Shown here: positions 25,746 to 38,473 of the stretch, piece after piece
How the letters are laid out: every line of letters begins with the position of its first letter
How positions within the stretch are numbered: position 1 is the first letter of the stretch
NCBI GenBank assembly: GCA_037447605.1
Contig: CM074820.1
Span: forward strand, 1,302,001 to 1,365,992
Reading direction: 5' to 3'
DNA length: 63,992 bases
From: Zygnema circumcarinatum SAG 698-1b
Taxonomy: Eukaryota; Plantae; Zygnematophyceae
Translations under genes and position numbers: made by a program
The notes under the pieces: generated by a model
What the model was told of the DNA's origin: nothing
Seen by the model: only the letters and a program-made list of their open reading frames with translations
Databases searched by the model: none

Positions 25746-28700
25746 TCTCTTTCTCCCTCTCTCCTCCCTTCTCCAGTGCTATCCCTTTGTGGCAACGTCT
25801 TCCATCGATATTGGCAAAATGAAATTGATAGCAGGCTGTGGGAACTGGAACAGAAGATTTACTGCTGCTGAGAGAACGTTTTTTCCACCATTTTAGAGCT
25901 GACGAGTTTTTCTGCCTTGCTGCCTTTGTTGAATTTGCAGTACTATCAGAACAGGTACACGCATGTGCTGGTGGACGAGTTCCAAGATACTGACCAAGTG
26001 AGTCTTCTGCAACCTTAAAGGTCAATCAATGTTGATGGAAAACCTTAAATGTCGAACAATATTGATTGAAGTGACGAAACTTATAATGAAATCTTGGCAA
26101 TCTCATGCTTACTATTGTGATGTGCGCATGGGTGCAGGTGCAATATGAGATGGTTCGCTTGCTGACTGAGAAGAGCCATAACCTCTTTGTTGTGGGAGAT
26201 GCAGATCAGGTGTGAACCTTCTGTTCTCAAGAAGTAAAAACTAAGTGAAATCCTCACATTTCTCGCCTATTGATGAAGCCATCAAATTTGCTTTTTCTTG
26301 CAGACGATTCCATCATCAAATTTGCTTTGGCTTGCATAAGAATGCTGTTATTGAAGTAAGAAGGGTTAATCCTGCAGGCAATTTATCGTTGGAGAGGAGC
26401 CGACCCCAAGTTCATGCAAGAAGCACTCGATCAGGACTTTCGCGGAGTCAAAACTTTGCAGGTAAAATATTGAATAGTGATAACTACTTGGTGGCTACTG
26501 ATATTGTGTTAGATATGTAGATGTGAGACTGGTAACGCAGAAATGAGTATCATTCTCACTTCATATCTTAAACGTAGCCATGGTCCTAACCACAATTGCA
26601 TCAGTTTTACCACAGTGGCTGTGCCAATTTCTGGTGAGTTTGCTGTGTTCAAAATGCAGCTCAGGTTGAACTATCGATCAAACCCCAAAATTTTGAGGAC
26701 TGCATTGGGAGTGATTCAGCAGAGTGAAGTGGGTCGCTCCTTTGGCACTGTGATGCCTCTCTCCCTTCTTCCAATGAAGGTGCACATGCAACACCACCTC
26801 ATCTTAGCATCACATGTTTTCCTCATAGAGCATCTTAGCATACTGCTTAGAAGCAATCATCGCTGCATTTGTATATGGTTTCAGGTTTTCGATATGCAAC
26901 CTTCTGCCTCACCTAATTTGACTTGTATAAAAACCCCAAGATTTAGTGCTCGTAAACATAGACAGCTGCGAAAGGTCACGTGCAACTGCATGATCATAGA
27001 CAGCACATGGGGGAGAAAGAAATGAAGTTTTGATCGCTACTTGAGCAAGTCATCTGATATGGTTTTGTATGACTGACTGCATTGGCAGAAAGAGGGACCT
27101 CTTGTGTCGTACACTCTCACAGCAACTTGTCGACTTGAAGCATTTCGAGTGGTGGAGGAGATTGTCAAACTGAGAAGAGAAGGTCTTTCTTGGAGTCACT
27201 TTGCGGTTCTCTACAGGACGCACGCGCAGGTGAAACTTGTATACTGAAAACTGCCTCTACCCCCTTACAGGTGTGTGCCGAGAATTGTTCCGCAGTTTCA
27301 GTAGATGCGATAGTTTGGGAAAGGTCCTTTTCAACCGGAGACCCTGGTTATGGGTTTTACCCCATGACATCTTTCCATGTTGAAATTTGCTTGTAATTTG
27401 TTTTTGTGTACGATTGGCCAGCACTGGCAAGGTCATGCAATGTTTGACTGTATTGGAACAATCAATTTCAGAAGAGAACCCAATATTTTGCTTTGGGAAA
27501 ATTCTTGCCTATTTTGTGCTTAAGACCCATGTGGAATATTGGCCAACTGTTGCTTTTTTCCAGTCTCGAACTTTTGAGGAGCAGCTTATGAAGCAAGGCA
27601 TTCCATTCGTTGTTCTTGGAGGGACTCCCTTCTATGCTCGCAAGGTTTTTTCTCCTTGCTCATTCTATTATTATCTGGCTATTGCTATTGTGCTATTTTG
27701 GCTTTGTGAAATCGCTTTCAAGATACCTCAAAAAACCCTAAGGAGCATGCAATCACACTCTGCCCCTTTCCATACTTTGCAAAGGGCAAAGCATGGCAAA
27801 AAAGTGAGCATTGTGAGGTCGGACGACTGACTCCCTCATCTCCCACAATGCAGTGCAGGAGGTGAAAGATCTGCTCGCCTATCTAAGACTGATTTGCAAT
27901 CCCTTCGATGAAATATCCTTAGCGAGAGTAATCAATGTCCCCCCTAGAGGTGAGGGGATACAAATTCACTTCCCGACTGCTGGGTTTCGGATAGAATTAA
28001 GACATGCAGATGGGTATGTTAAGAGCAGATATGTTAAGTTGAATGGGTGGGAACCTCTCTCCATTAAATTTCGCACCCACATATACTCTTTGGCAGATAG
28101 TTCTTTTCCCGAACTCTTTAACAGCCCTTAACTTAACTTAACTTTAACTTTTTTGCAGCAATTGGCGAGAAAACATGGAGCAGTGTGGTCCAGTGGGCGA
28201 AATCAGTACAGCGGCCTTTGCCTGCAGCACTTCAGGCAGGTTTAAAGCAGAGCACCTGCTCTTAAAGGAATAAGCATCTACTCTAACCATTAACTAAGCA
28301 TTAAGCATTAAGACTAAGCATCAGTCATCGCCAGAGCAATATTTTCAAGTGCTATGGTGTATGTTTATGTTTAACTTATTGATCGAAGTATGGAGGAAAG
28401 GCAGTAAGGTTGGTGGTGGGGGGCGGGGAGGGGGGAAGGATTAGGTTGGTTTCCGGCTACCTTTAGAACTTAAATAACATTGTTGAAGAAAGTTTACATT
28501 TTGACAAGGTTAAGAGCTTGCGGAGGATGGAAAAGCACGGTAGTCTTATGTTTCCGGACATTCTTCCTGCTGGAAGTAGACTAAAAGTGCTTATGTTTTT
28601 GGGTTTTTTGTACTTCAGATGTGTGGAATTCAGCAACAACCTTATCCACGTGTCTTCTCTGATTGGGATGTTGTGCAAAACAGGAGTTTGGATTGGAGCT

Positions 28701-31019
28701 GCCCCCGAAGGAGACGTTGGGAATTACGGCGAGATCAAGGTATGGCAGAAACCCATTGACTGCATTTCTGTAAGGAAAGAGGGCTAAAATTGGTCGTTTA
28801 TCTAATTCCACTTATTTTGACAGGGCTTCTTTGGGGGAATTCTGCAAAATGATGGCCGAACTTCGTGAATTGACCGACACAGCCACAGTGGGAGAATTGC
28901 TCCGGAAGGTTATCAACAGGTAAGCATCGTCTTCATACATTCACTATGGAATGCTGATATTTTGCAGAGGTGGTTTGCGTTATAGATGGACCAAAGATAT
29001 TACAAGCTGGGACTTGAAGCGGAGTCTCTGTTTTGATTTGAGAGAGTGCAGAGTTGGGTATTTGGAGTACATAAAGAACTTGGATGAGAAGGGAGACAAC
29101 AACGGTCGGAAGCGGTGGGAGCTTTGCATGGAGTTTCAGGTAATCTCTGAGGAGAAACGTTATGTTTTCTATGTGTGGAATTGTTGAAAGGAGAGATGTC
29201 ATCAACAGAGACTGCATGGAAAACGTATTTGCCACAGAGAGACAAACTCCCTTATCAATAGACATCAGGTATTGTAGGTTGGAGTTTCGGCCCCTTTCCT
29301 TTTGCAAGACAAATTCGCAAGGTGGAGGAATGTCAAAAGATAAGACAATACAGCAAGGCTTGCTTCCTCTGAACATGGGACTGTCCTCTTAAGAGTAGAA
29401 ATCAACGATGTACCCACAGTAGCTGTCGACATTGAATTCGAGTCGGTTATTCCCCTTCATTTTTTTGATTCATTGTTATGTTTTCTCGTTCTCCCCCTTC
29501 GTGCTTCAGGGTGTAGCGGATTACGCCGGGAAAAAGTTGGGGAGTGGCCGAAATGCTCTCTCTGCCTTCCTTGAAGATGTCGCGCTTGTGTCTGAACCGC
29601 CGGAGGAGAACACAAAGGTGATGATTGCCAAAAATCTTAGTCAAAACAAACTTTGAAAACCTTCTTCACGAAGACTCTTAACCCCTGCAAGGCAAGGCAA
29701 TGCAAATACTTCACAAAAAGATGATTCTGTGATGCCTTCGGGAGTCAAGTTTGTGACCAAGCATTAGCATTAGCATTTGATGATGATGCTTGTTGCAAGC
29801 AAAGCTACACCATAGTGCTGTGGCTAAGAACTAAAATGTGTGTAGATTTCTCCATTATGCGTTCAAGCTTTCTGCGTCTTTTGTTCTTCCCCTTTCCCCG
29901 GAATATTTGTAAACATCTTATCAACTTTCTGTCAATCTGTCTGTTAGCCCCGTCCTTTCGCACTATTCGGATGATCAGTTTGTCTTTGGTTCAAACTCAA
30001 CAGAAGTCTTGTCATCCTCGAAGCCAAACCATTCTCCTCTATTGCAAAGTCGGCTCAGGATCAACCATTGAACTCCAAATTAATATTTTCCTTGCTGCGG
30101 TCCTTTCAGACACATTTTTTTTGTTTTTCCTTTGCTTCCTCCCAAGTCACACCCAATCTGCTTGTATGGGGCCAAATCTCATCCTGTAAAATATGCCTTT
30201 TCAAAAGATTGGAGATTGCCTTTTCTTATTTCATAATGAGAAAACTGATGCAGTTTGCAGGTTTTGAGCTATGTATGTGCATGCAGGAGGGGCGGGATGC
30301 TCTGCTTAAAGCAGACAAGGTGAAGTTGTTGACCATCCACAGCTCAAAGGGGCTCGAATTCAACACTGTGTTTGTTCCGGGGTTGGAGGAGGGATTGCTG
30401 CCGTCAAAGAGAAGCGATAACTTAGAAGAGCTGGCGGAAGAACGGCGGCTGCTCTATGTGGCCATGACTCGTGCAGAAGAGCGACTGTAAGTTGCAGCTT
30501 CAAAACATTCAAATTTTTTGAAAAAGAATACTGGGAACTGAACAAGCAAGGGTTGGCAGCGGGCTGTTAGGAACCCTAAAAGCACAAGAAGTCTTAGCGC
30601 GTTTCAAGGTGGAGGTGGTGGAGGATGAGGGAGATAGCTTGACAGACTTGGCCTTTGCAAGCAGGTTAGGAAAGGGAGCTTTATAGGTTCTATAGGAAGC
30701 TGTTAATCCAGGTTCTGGTTATGACATTTTAGTTTATGGATCAATTGTATCAAGTGTTGCTAACAGTTCTGACATTCTCTCTCTCTCTCTCTCCCATCCT
30801 CTCCCTTCCCCCCCCCCCCCCGGCTCTCACTCTCTCTCTCTCTCTCACGCATGCAGATACTTGTCTCACTGTACAAGCCGCTTTTTGTTTGGAAACTTCA
30901 AGCCAAGCGAGACCTCGCGCTTCTTGAAGGGTGTGCTGCCATGGTATCCGGACCTTCTCAAAGCGGAGAGGAAGGGGGCGCCGCTCGTGACGAGCAGGGG
31001 ATGGGAGAGACTGCAATAG
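22629..31019 (+). CDS. uvrD: Bacterial-type PcrA/UvrD superfamily-1 DNA helicase with long N-terminal extension; ~18-19 exons. Start uncertain (22629 via a 65-nt intron, or 22718/22799); last exon 30857-31019
   Basis: [134 protein letters not shown]...SRFL; phase-compatible splice sites. Confidence 0.92.
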
Positions 31020-32433
31020 CGCCGCCGTTCCTCTGCACGCTTCACTTTCTCTATTTCTCGCCGCTAAAAATATTCCTCTTCTTGCGTGGTTTGGGGACTG
31101 AAGGCGTCCATCACTCCTTATGGCGGTACTGTCCATGTCAGTAAAAGTGCAGTAGTGGTGGCAGGTATTAGGTTGGCCAGAACACCGGCTTGGCTAAAAG
31201 GAGCGTTGGCTAAAAAAGTCTTGGCTAAGCCCGGCCGTAGTCTCATCCGTCCTGACTAGTACTTGGCTTGGCTTAGAAGAATAATAGAAAAAAAAAGTGA
31301 TGGTGACCAAGGCAAGCCATATTTGGTCTGTGTCTTAGGCAAGTCGTCCTTAGAAAATTCAGTTGTAGCGGAGTCAACCTTTAAGCCAATCCAAGCCAAA
31401 AGTGATGACAAACTTGCCTAAGTTTGCAAGCACTGCTTTGTACATCAAATCATTTTGGACGCACTGTGGCAGTGACTAAAAGCATCTGCGGGTTCTTCTG
31501 AACGTTTCGACATTCACTTTCCAGCAAACGTGGCTTTTTAGGGCTGGAGTTCGACCAGATGACCGATTTTTGGTATCGCCGGGTATGCAATCATCACCTC
31601 TCTTTGCGATGGAGGCGGATCGCAATGTCCCTAAAGTACTTGTTTTGGTATCAGATTGGCGGAGCATTATTCTTCAGTAGTACTTCTGACGTTTTTAAAG
31701 TGTGACATGCCCTCTTAGCACAGCTTATCCAAATGCAAGTTCACAAGAAGGGAGAGGAGAGAGATAGGCGTTCATCCCTGTACAGTCTGTCTGTGTGGCG
31801 AGTGAGAAGGAGTCATGTGGTCACGTTGATTATTGGATCTAATTATGGGATCTCCATACACAGTGTTACATCTGTCTGATAGGGACCGAGGCAAAGTGTA
31901 CAGCTCTGCAAATCCCATAAGGAGCCAGTAAGAGAATTCCCAAATTTGGAGAGCAAGTGGTCTTGCTCAATTCCAGAGAATGAATGGCCTTCAAGAAGTG
32001 CTAAGCTGATGTGCTCAATGAAGCCGGCACCCAGATTTTGACTACAAACCTTGGAATTTGTGAGGAAAACGAGGAACCTCACTACAACCACACCAACTAA
32101 CCACTAGTCAGTGTCCACGTGGACATGCAAGCAAGAGCCTCTTTTGGAAATGGAAAGAAACCGTGCCAAGAAAACCAAAATAAATGAAGGGCCAAAAATG
32201 AGCCTGAGAAAGGCTTTTTGCAAACCGAACCTACAAAATTGTAATAAGTACACAAGCTCCGTCTTATTGCCAGGTCGGCTCTACATGCTCAATACCCCTC
32301 CCACAAATGTACAAAGAAACGCAAAACCGCATGAAGGACTAAACTCTACGTGAAGCTCATCAAGTTTGGACAGGGCTTGCGCACAAACAGCGGCTCGTTC
32401 GTCTCATCTGAAGGAAGGGCCTGAGCTTGTGTC

Positions 32434-35400
32434 TCAGCTGAAGGGGAATGGTTCGGGGCAGCAAACCAGCAACCCTAAAACAAGAACGCCCACCCCGAAT
32501 GCCACCTGACTTTGTGAGGGAGGCGAGAGTTCGTCTGCTTGAGGGGCAATGGGACCCCTCTGAAGCAATACGATGAGGACCACCCAGTAAAGCGCCACGT
32601 CATCAAGAAGAGCGCCGCCAGCCAGCAGCACCAGGGAGAGGCCTGTGAGCCTAGCGGCAGCCTGCAGGACATGCGGCACCAAGGCATGGTCAGATCCACA
32701 TGCATGTATGGTCAGATCCACATGCATGTATGGTCAGATCCACATGCATGTATGGTCAGATCCACATGCATTGTATGGTCAGATCCACATGCATGTGCAG
32801 GGCATGCTGGCGGAGCCCATCGCAGGAGTGGTGCCATGGGAAGACCTAACAGGGGACAGCATCTGCACTGAATCCTCTATGAGAGCCCGACAGGAATGAA
32901 GGTAAAGTCAGGGGAATGAATACAAACTCGAGAAAAGAGGTCACATGAGGTGACATTGCAGAGCATATGACTCCCATTTCAGTCGCGAGAGAATAGGATG
33001 GCGAGCCCTACACCCTGAACCGTGAACCCTGAATCCTAAACCCTGAACCCTCAATCCTAAACCCTGAACCCTAAATCCTAAACCCTGAACCCTGAACCCT
33101 CATTGCATGCCTCCAAGGTCTGGACCCAACTCCATAGCAGCCGTCGCAACAAGCAAGGTTGCTTCTTTCCCCTTCTTTTCCCTCCTTGCCCTTTTTTTTT
33201 CTTTTTTTTTGCCCCTCTCTCTCTCTCTGTCTCTCTCTCTCTCTCTCCTCCAGTCCCATTCTACCTCCTCTCACCTTGCGTCCCCAAATGGCGTGGGCAA
33301 TCCTCCCACCATCCAACTCCCCCACCGGAATGGAGTTGAGGGCATTTATGAAGAGTGCGGTCCATGCAGGCAGCAGCAGCGGGCTGACAACCAATGTGGC
33401 ATCCTCTACAAGTCTAGGTCCGAAAAAGAGCTTGGCTGCAAAAGCATGAAAGAATGGAGGTATGTGAAAATATGACCACTGTTTTCATGATAGCAACAAA
33501 GGGTATTTCTTCAAATCCGCTCGAAATGCTTTCCGAGAGCTAAATATCGTTCTCACTCGTTCATTCAACTGTCCTTATTCCAATTCCCCTTTTGCTATTC
33601 TAATCCTTCAGCGATGCCCTGTATGCATCATATGATTTAACCCGTCTTTTCTGCCAAAAGGCGGAAGGATGATAACCAAGAGCGAAATACACGGGAAGAA
33701 GGATTATGTTCTTTTGTGTTTCAGAGAGAACGATGATGAAGTTGAATGAGACTTACCGAGCCCTCCCACCAGTAGGGAATCATGGAACAGTGCAGTGTCT
33801 ACTACCACTCCCTCCTCTCCCGTTGAGAGCAGCAAACTCCCCACAACAATCAGCATAGCCAAAGCCGACCCCCATAGTGGGCCAGCTGCAGCTACCTCAG
33901 CCAACACTCCTCTGCTGGGAACAACTCCCTTTACTCGTGTGATTCCTCCAAATGAGCCTATCTGCTCCCCAAGGCACATAAATATCAAATTATTATTATT
34001 ATTATTATTATTGATTGATTGATTTTATTATTATTATTATACTTATTATTATTATTATTTTACTTTTTTTTTTTTTTTTATTACTTTTTCTCTGTTTGAG
34101 ACCTAAACCAATTGCTTCAGTCAGTCCTTAGGGAAATCCTCCTTTGCCTTTACATTTAAAGCCAATATCAACCTAAGCGAATCATACTGCAGTTTTCATA
34201 GAACTTTGTTTTACATTATATCCCCTTTTATATCTTTCCAAGTCAGTATGCCTGTTCAACGATCCACATGGCCACATCAGAACACAACAAGCAAGAAGAT
34301 GCTCGGTTCAAAAAATGAAAGTATGCAGCCCTTCCCATTCATTCATTCATTGAGTCCGACATAAGAGTTGGCAGTACAAACCTGCCAACTCGGAATAAAG
34401 AATGGAGCACTGAGTTGAAGTCCGGCCTTATTTGCTGCCACTCGGTGGCCCAATTCATGCGCTGCCAAGATGGCAGCTATAACCAGAGCTCCCGGCCAAC
34501 TTTCAAGGAGGGGACCGACAAAATCAGCAACCGAGGGTCTGCAAACCATCTCAAGAAAGTTCACAAGATGAGATGCAAGTCAGCACCCATGAAAAAGAAC
34601 ACACTTGTTTCCAACTCATATGTCCAGAGCAGGTTTTCGTACAAGTGAACGCGAAAGGAGCTGGTCATTGGGTGTTGGCTCTCTGTAATTGATAAAACAG
34701 GACTTTTATGCTTCTGGAAATCCAAGACTTCCCGTTTTCTATAGCGAACAAAGGTAGGCAATCAGACATCACATTCTTTACATGAATGGTTGCAAGCTCA
34801 AACTCACAAAATGTCAACGTCCAGTTCACGGAGAGCTGCACTGTGCTGCAGGAGAGTATATATTGTCGTTAGTCCAAATGCTCCGGCTGCCACCCACTCT
34901 GGAATGGCTGAACCCCCAGCAAATGGCCAAAACCCACAATGTATTCATCGTTATCAGTATATCAACACCAAGAACAAGTCAGCATTAGGATGAAACGGGA
35001 AGATTCAATAACAGGATTGTAGTCGTTCATATAGCACTCTCTCTAGTTGAAAGAACTGTTGAATCCTTGCATTCAGCAATTCTTAGCCTGTTTGTCAGCC
35101 AATACTATGCAGTTCTCGAACCTGACCCATCAATAAGGATTGTTTTACAGCTGTAAGAAGCAATCTAGCTAATGGCAAGGCAAAGTCAGGCGATCAAACA
35201 ACTCACAAAAACAACTGATAGTCAGCAATTCCGGCCAAGAATTTCAGCTCGCCAGCCTGAAATACACTATCAAATGTTCTGCTGACTGCCATATCGAAAG
35301 GGATGAGTATCTTGACAGATAACATGGTGCGATGTAACTAACCTGCTGGAAGGGGCTTCAATAGTTGAGATGGAATGACTATAGCAACTGGACGGTCATC

Positions 35401-38010
35401 ATCCGATTTCTTTAAAAGGAAAAGAGATAGCTGGTCACCAAATTTTTCCTGCATTGTCCCAGAAAGTGGGCATCATAAAGGCAACCAGTCTGCCTTATGA
35501 GTTTCCTGAATGCCACCATCGGATTTTAAAGCCGTAGCTGTTACAATGAAAGGAAAAACTGTTCGCACAGAAGCCGTGACAGGTTTGGAGAGTTTATTTA
35601 GTATTTACAATCTGTCAAGAGCACACAAACTCGTTGCTCTTAGAGCAATCAGTTATCTTTTGATATCTATGCCAAACCCGTGGAAGACATCATCCCACGT
35701 TTCAGAAAACAGTTGTGGACGTATTTTGTAGTTTTCTCTTCATCGACAGGTACTGCAAGATTTCTTTTTTATGCTGTGTTTCTCACCTTCACCCTTTGTG
35801 TCAGCTTGGCATGTGCCTTAGCCGAATCTCCTCTCAGATTGCCTGTGAAAAGAACTCCTCCCTGAAGCCATGGCCCAGGCCACTTGCTTTTTAGGGGCAG
35901 CTATTTTTCTTGAACATGCTAAGCTTATATAAGCAGCAACAGATGATTAGAATTTGGCTGTGACCAGTTCTATTCAACGTTCAAACTGATTCATGCATGC
36001 GCATCAGATGGCAAACATGTGAAGCCCTTTCGAGTATGGTCCCAACCATCTACACAGATTGATTTATGGCAGCGACGATTACTTGCCAACAACACTAGTT
36101 ATTCAACAGGCTGGAATGGCAAAATGTTCATCAGGTAATACACAGGCATGATCCGAGATTGAATTTACCTCATACGGTTCTTGCCCGGTTACAAAAAATG
36201 TGTCAAATCCAAAAACTTGATTCCTCAGTACATCGACGTACTCCTTCGAAATGACTTCCGCGCCTGCCAAGTTCTGCACCCCAACAGCTTATGGTTCTGC
36301 GAGCATATGCCACTCAACTTTCAACTTACAATACTGTCTCTATACATAATCTCGTCTGCAAAGGTTTCATGCATCTTCCTGCTCGGCTAGACTTCATCGA
36401 TATAGCGAACAAAGTGTTCCAACAAGCTATTTCGATCCAAACAATGAAGCATAAAAATTGGTAAATGAGTAAAGACGTATGCCGGTCCTCTGACATCTCA
36501 ATACAGAAAGGTATGTACAGGTGGAAGTCCTCACAGTCTGGAACAAAGATGGTGTGCTTGGACCATCACTCCGTGCCTTCCATTCGAAATCACCTGAAGG
36601 GTCCCCAGGTTGCTGAATCCAAATCCAACACAATGAGGGGTCATTGTCATTCTTTGACATTAATAAGTTATCTGCAAGCTACTTTTTTAAAATCTTGCCT
36701 GAATATGCACGACTTGCTACTATCTCCTAATGCTGGAATTAACAGATCTATAATATGATGATTTCAAGACCCTTTTCCCTTGATTGCAGCGCTTTGTAGC
36801 TCACATCACTTTGTGAATCAATCCGAGTTAAGATAATGTTCTGTTAGGCAAAGATGGAACAATGCACCGGGTTAAGTAGCGGCTTTAAAGTAATGCGAGA
36901 GGCGGTCATCGCTTCTTGCAACTATAGAGTACGGGAATGAAGATACGTGCAGGATTTGACCAGCTATTTGAAATTCATAACATCTAATAGCTTTTCTTGC
37001 CGTCTGCCTTATCACGCAAAAGTGCATCAAGTCATCGAGTGGCTAACTAAAGAAAAGAGATACGCTTCCTCAATTCATGTTCCAGTTGTTTTTTATCACA
37101 TTGACAACTGGCATACGTAATTTCATAAAATCTCCCATTGGAATCTAAATTGCATAATTGGAGACGCGGCATCTTGCTAGCTCTGAAGCGGCATGCATTT
37201 GAAAAACGAGCAATTGCTTACTATCACGGCTGCGTCTGATCAACGTATCAATCTTTAAGCTTTTCTTTCTTTCTTGAACACCTCGCTAAAAAAGGTGAAG
37301 CAAGCACCTTCTCTGATTTTTCATCGTCATCAGGTTTTTTTTCACCGCCGTCAGAGTCCTTCTGCTCAGCGGAACAAATGCCTCCCCATTTTCTTCGAGC
37401 GCTCTTGCCATTGCGCACAATTCTGCACGTCGATTGATCAGAAGTGTCAATGAAGTTAACGGGCGTTCAGAAACAAACACATAGGCTTATACTTCATTGA
37501 TGGCGCCAAGTATGTGTGTGTGCGTGCGCGGCTTCGGAGTTTTTTATTTGCAAGGAGCTTTCGACTTCTTTCTCCTTTTCAATTGCTCGGACCTGATCTA
37601 TTGCAACTGTGTGCGTATGTGGGGGGGTGCGTGTGTGTTTGTAAGAGAGCGAGGGAGAGAGAGTGAGAGAGAGAGAGGACTTTCTGAGTTTCAATTAATA
37701 ACAGAACGGAAATGCCTGGAGTTAGATTTGCCAGAGTTTTGCGAATAATTTACTAGTTCGAGAACCATCCAGAACTTCAAAATGTCGTGCAATATACGAA
37801 CACAACTACAGTCCTCATTCTAATCATCCAAAACCGCTATATATGCCGTTGTTTAAACATAAGGAAACTGAATAACAACCTCAAATGACAGCCAAGCGAG
37901 TGCTGTGATACACTGAGAGGGCTCAAGCGGCGCGCTCTGCCGTCCCCATGAATTGCACCAAATGCCGGCGTTGCCGCATAATACGGCGCTGATGATATAA
38001 AGGAAGCCAT
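32434..38010 (-). CDS. EGY2: Chloroplast M50 (S2P-like) zinc metalloprotease EGY2; ~10 exons
   Basis: Ser/Ala/Arg-rich start MASFISSAP; LRNQVFGFDTFFVTGQEPYE-GGVLFTGNLRG; HELGH (HExxH); PFFIPSWQ-IGSFGGITR; NSIPVGELDGGRI (NxxPxxxLDG); QRGPIAP; ends CCPEPFPFS. Confidence 0.92.
32686..32796. repeat. Minisatellite, 5 x 22 bp (ATGGTCAGATCCACATGCATGT), last EGY2 intron
   Basis: Five head-to-tail copies with no spacers; the fourth has one extra T. Confidence 0.95.
33012..33102. repeat. Interstitial telomere-like array, 13 x 7 bp (ACCCTGA/ACCCTAA/ATCCTAA)
   Basis: Variants of the plant telomeric repeat CCCTAAA in the last EGY2 intron. Confidence 0.9.
33990..34085. repeat. (TTA)n / poly-T simple repeat, intronic
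   Basis: Direct reading. Confidence 0.9.
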
Positions 38011-38175
38011 GGCTTTGCTTTGCTTTGCTTTGAGAAGCTATGGCTACTTCAGCTGCAGCCCCACCATGAGGCTTGCTCTTCCAGCTGCTTCTCAGGGGCA
38101 GAGGGAGCTCAAATAAGGTACAGGTGCAGAGTGGGGAGGGAGACAACTGGGCATTCTCCCGATACTGTAAACCGT

Positions 38176-38334
38176 CCAATAGTAACACGCCACGTGTACC
38201 ATTAGCCAACGTGGCGTGTCACCATTGGACGTGCTCGTCAAAGAGCAAAAGGATGCCCTCCGCGCCATAGTGAGCGTCGTTCAATAATGACACGCCACGT
38301 CGACATGATTGTACACGTGGCGTGTCGCCATTGG
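38176..38334. promoter_or_regulatory. Two inverted ERSE-I dyads (copies 2 and 3: 38176-38228, 38281-38334) in the EGY2/glutaredoxin bidirectional promoter
   Basis: Three perfect CCAAT-N9-CCACG and one TCAAT-N9-CCACG; inner spacers 15 and 16 nt. Confidence 0.7.
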
Positions 38335-38473
38335 AGATGCTCGAATTTAGGTCGCCATGGAGACAGCCTCCGTCTGGGCTGGAGAGGTGTGAGAGTGGGG
38401 GGCGCCTGTTGGCAGGCCAGGCAGCGGGAGAAGGGAGGGAGCGCTGAGAAAGGGGGGAAGAGAGCAGGCCGCC

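Noticed and set aside
30488-30490. Premature stop truncating the helicase after RAEERL
   Set aside because: The TAA lies inside a GTAAGT donor; a phase-matched last exon (LYLSH...SRFL) exists at 30857-31019.
32686-32796. CRISPR-like array
   Set aside because: The units are head-to-tail with no unique spacers, the context is a eukaryotic intron, and there are no cas genes.
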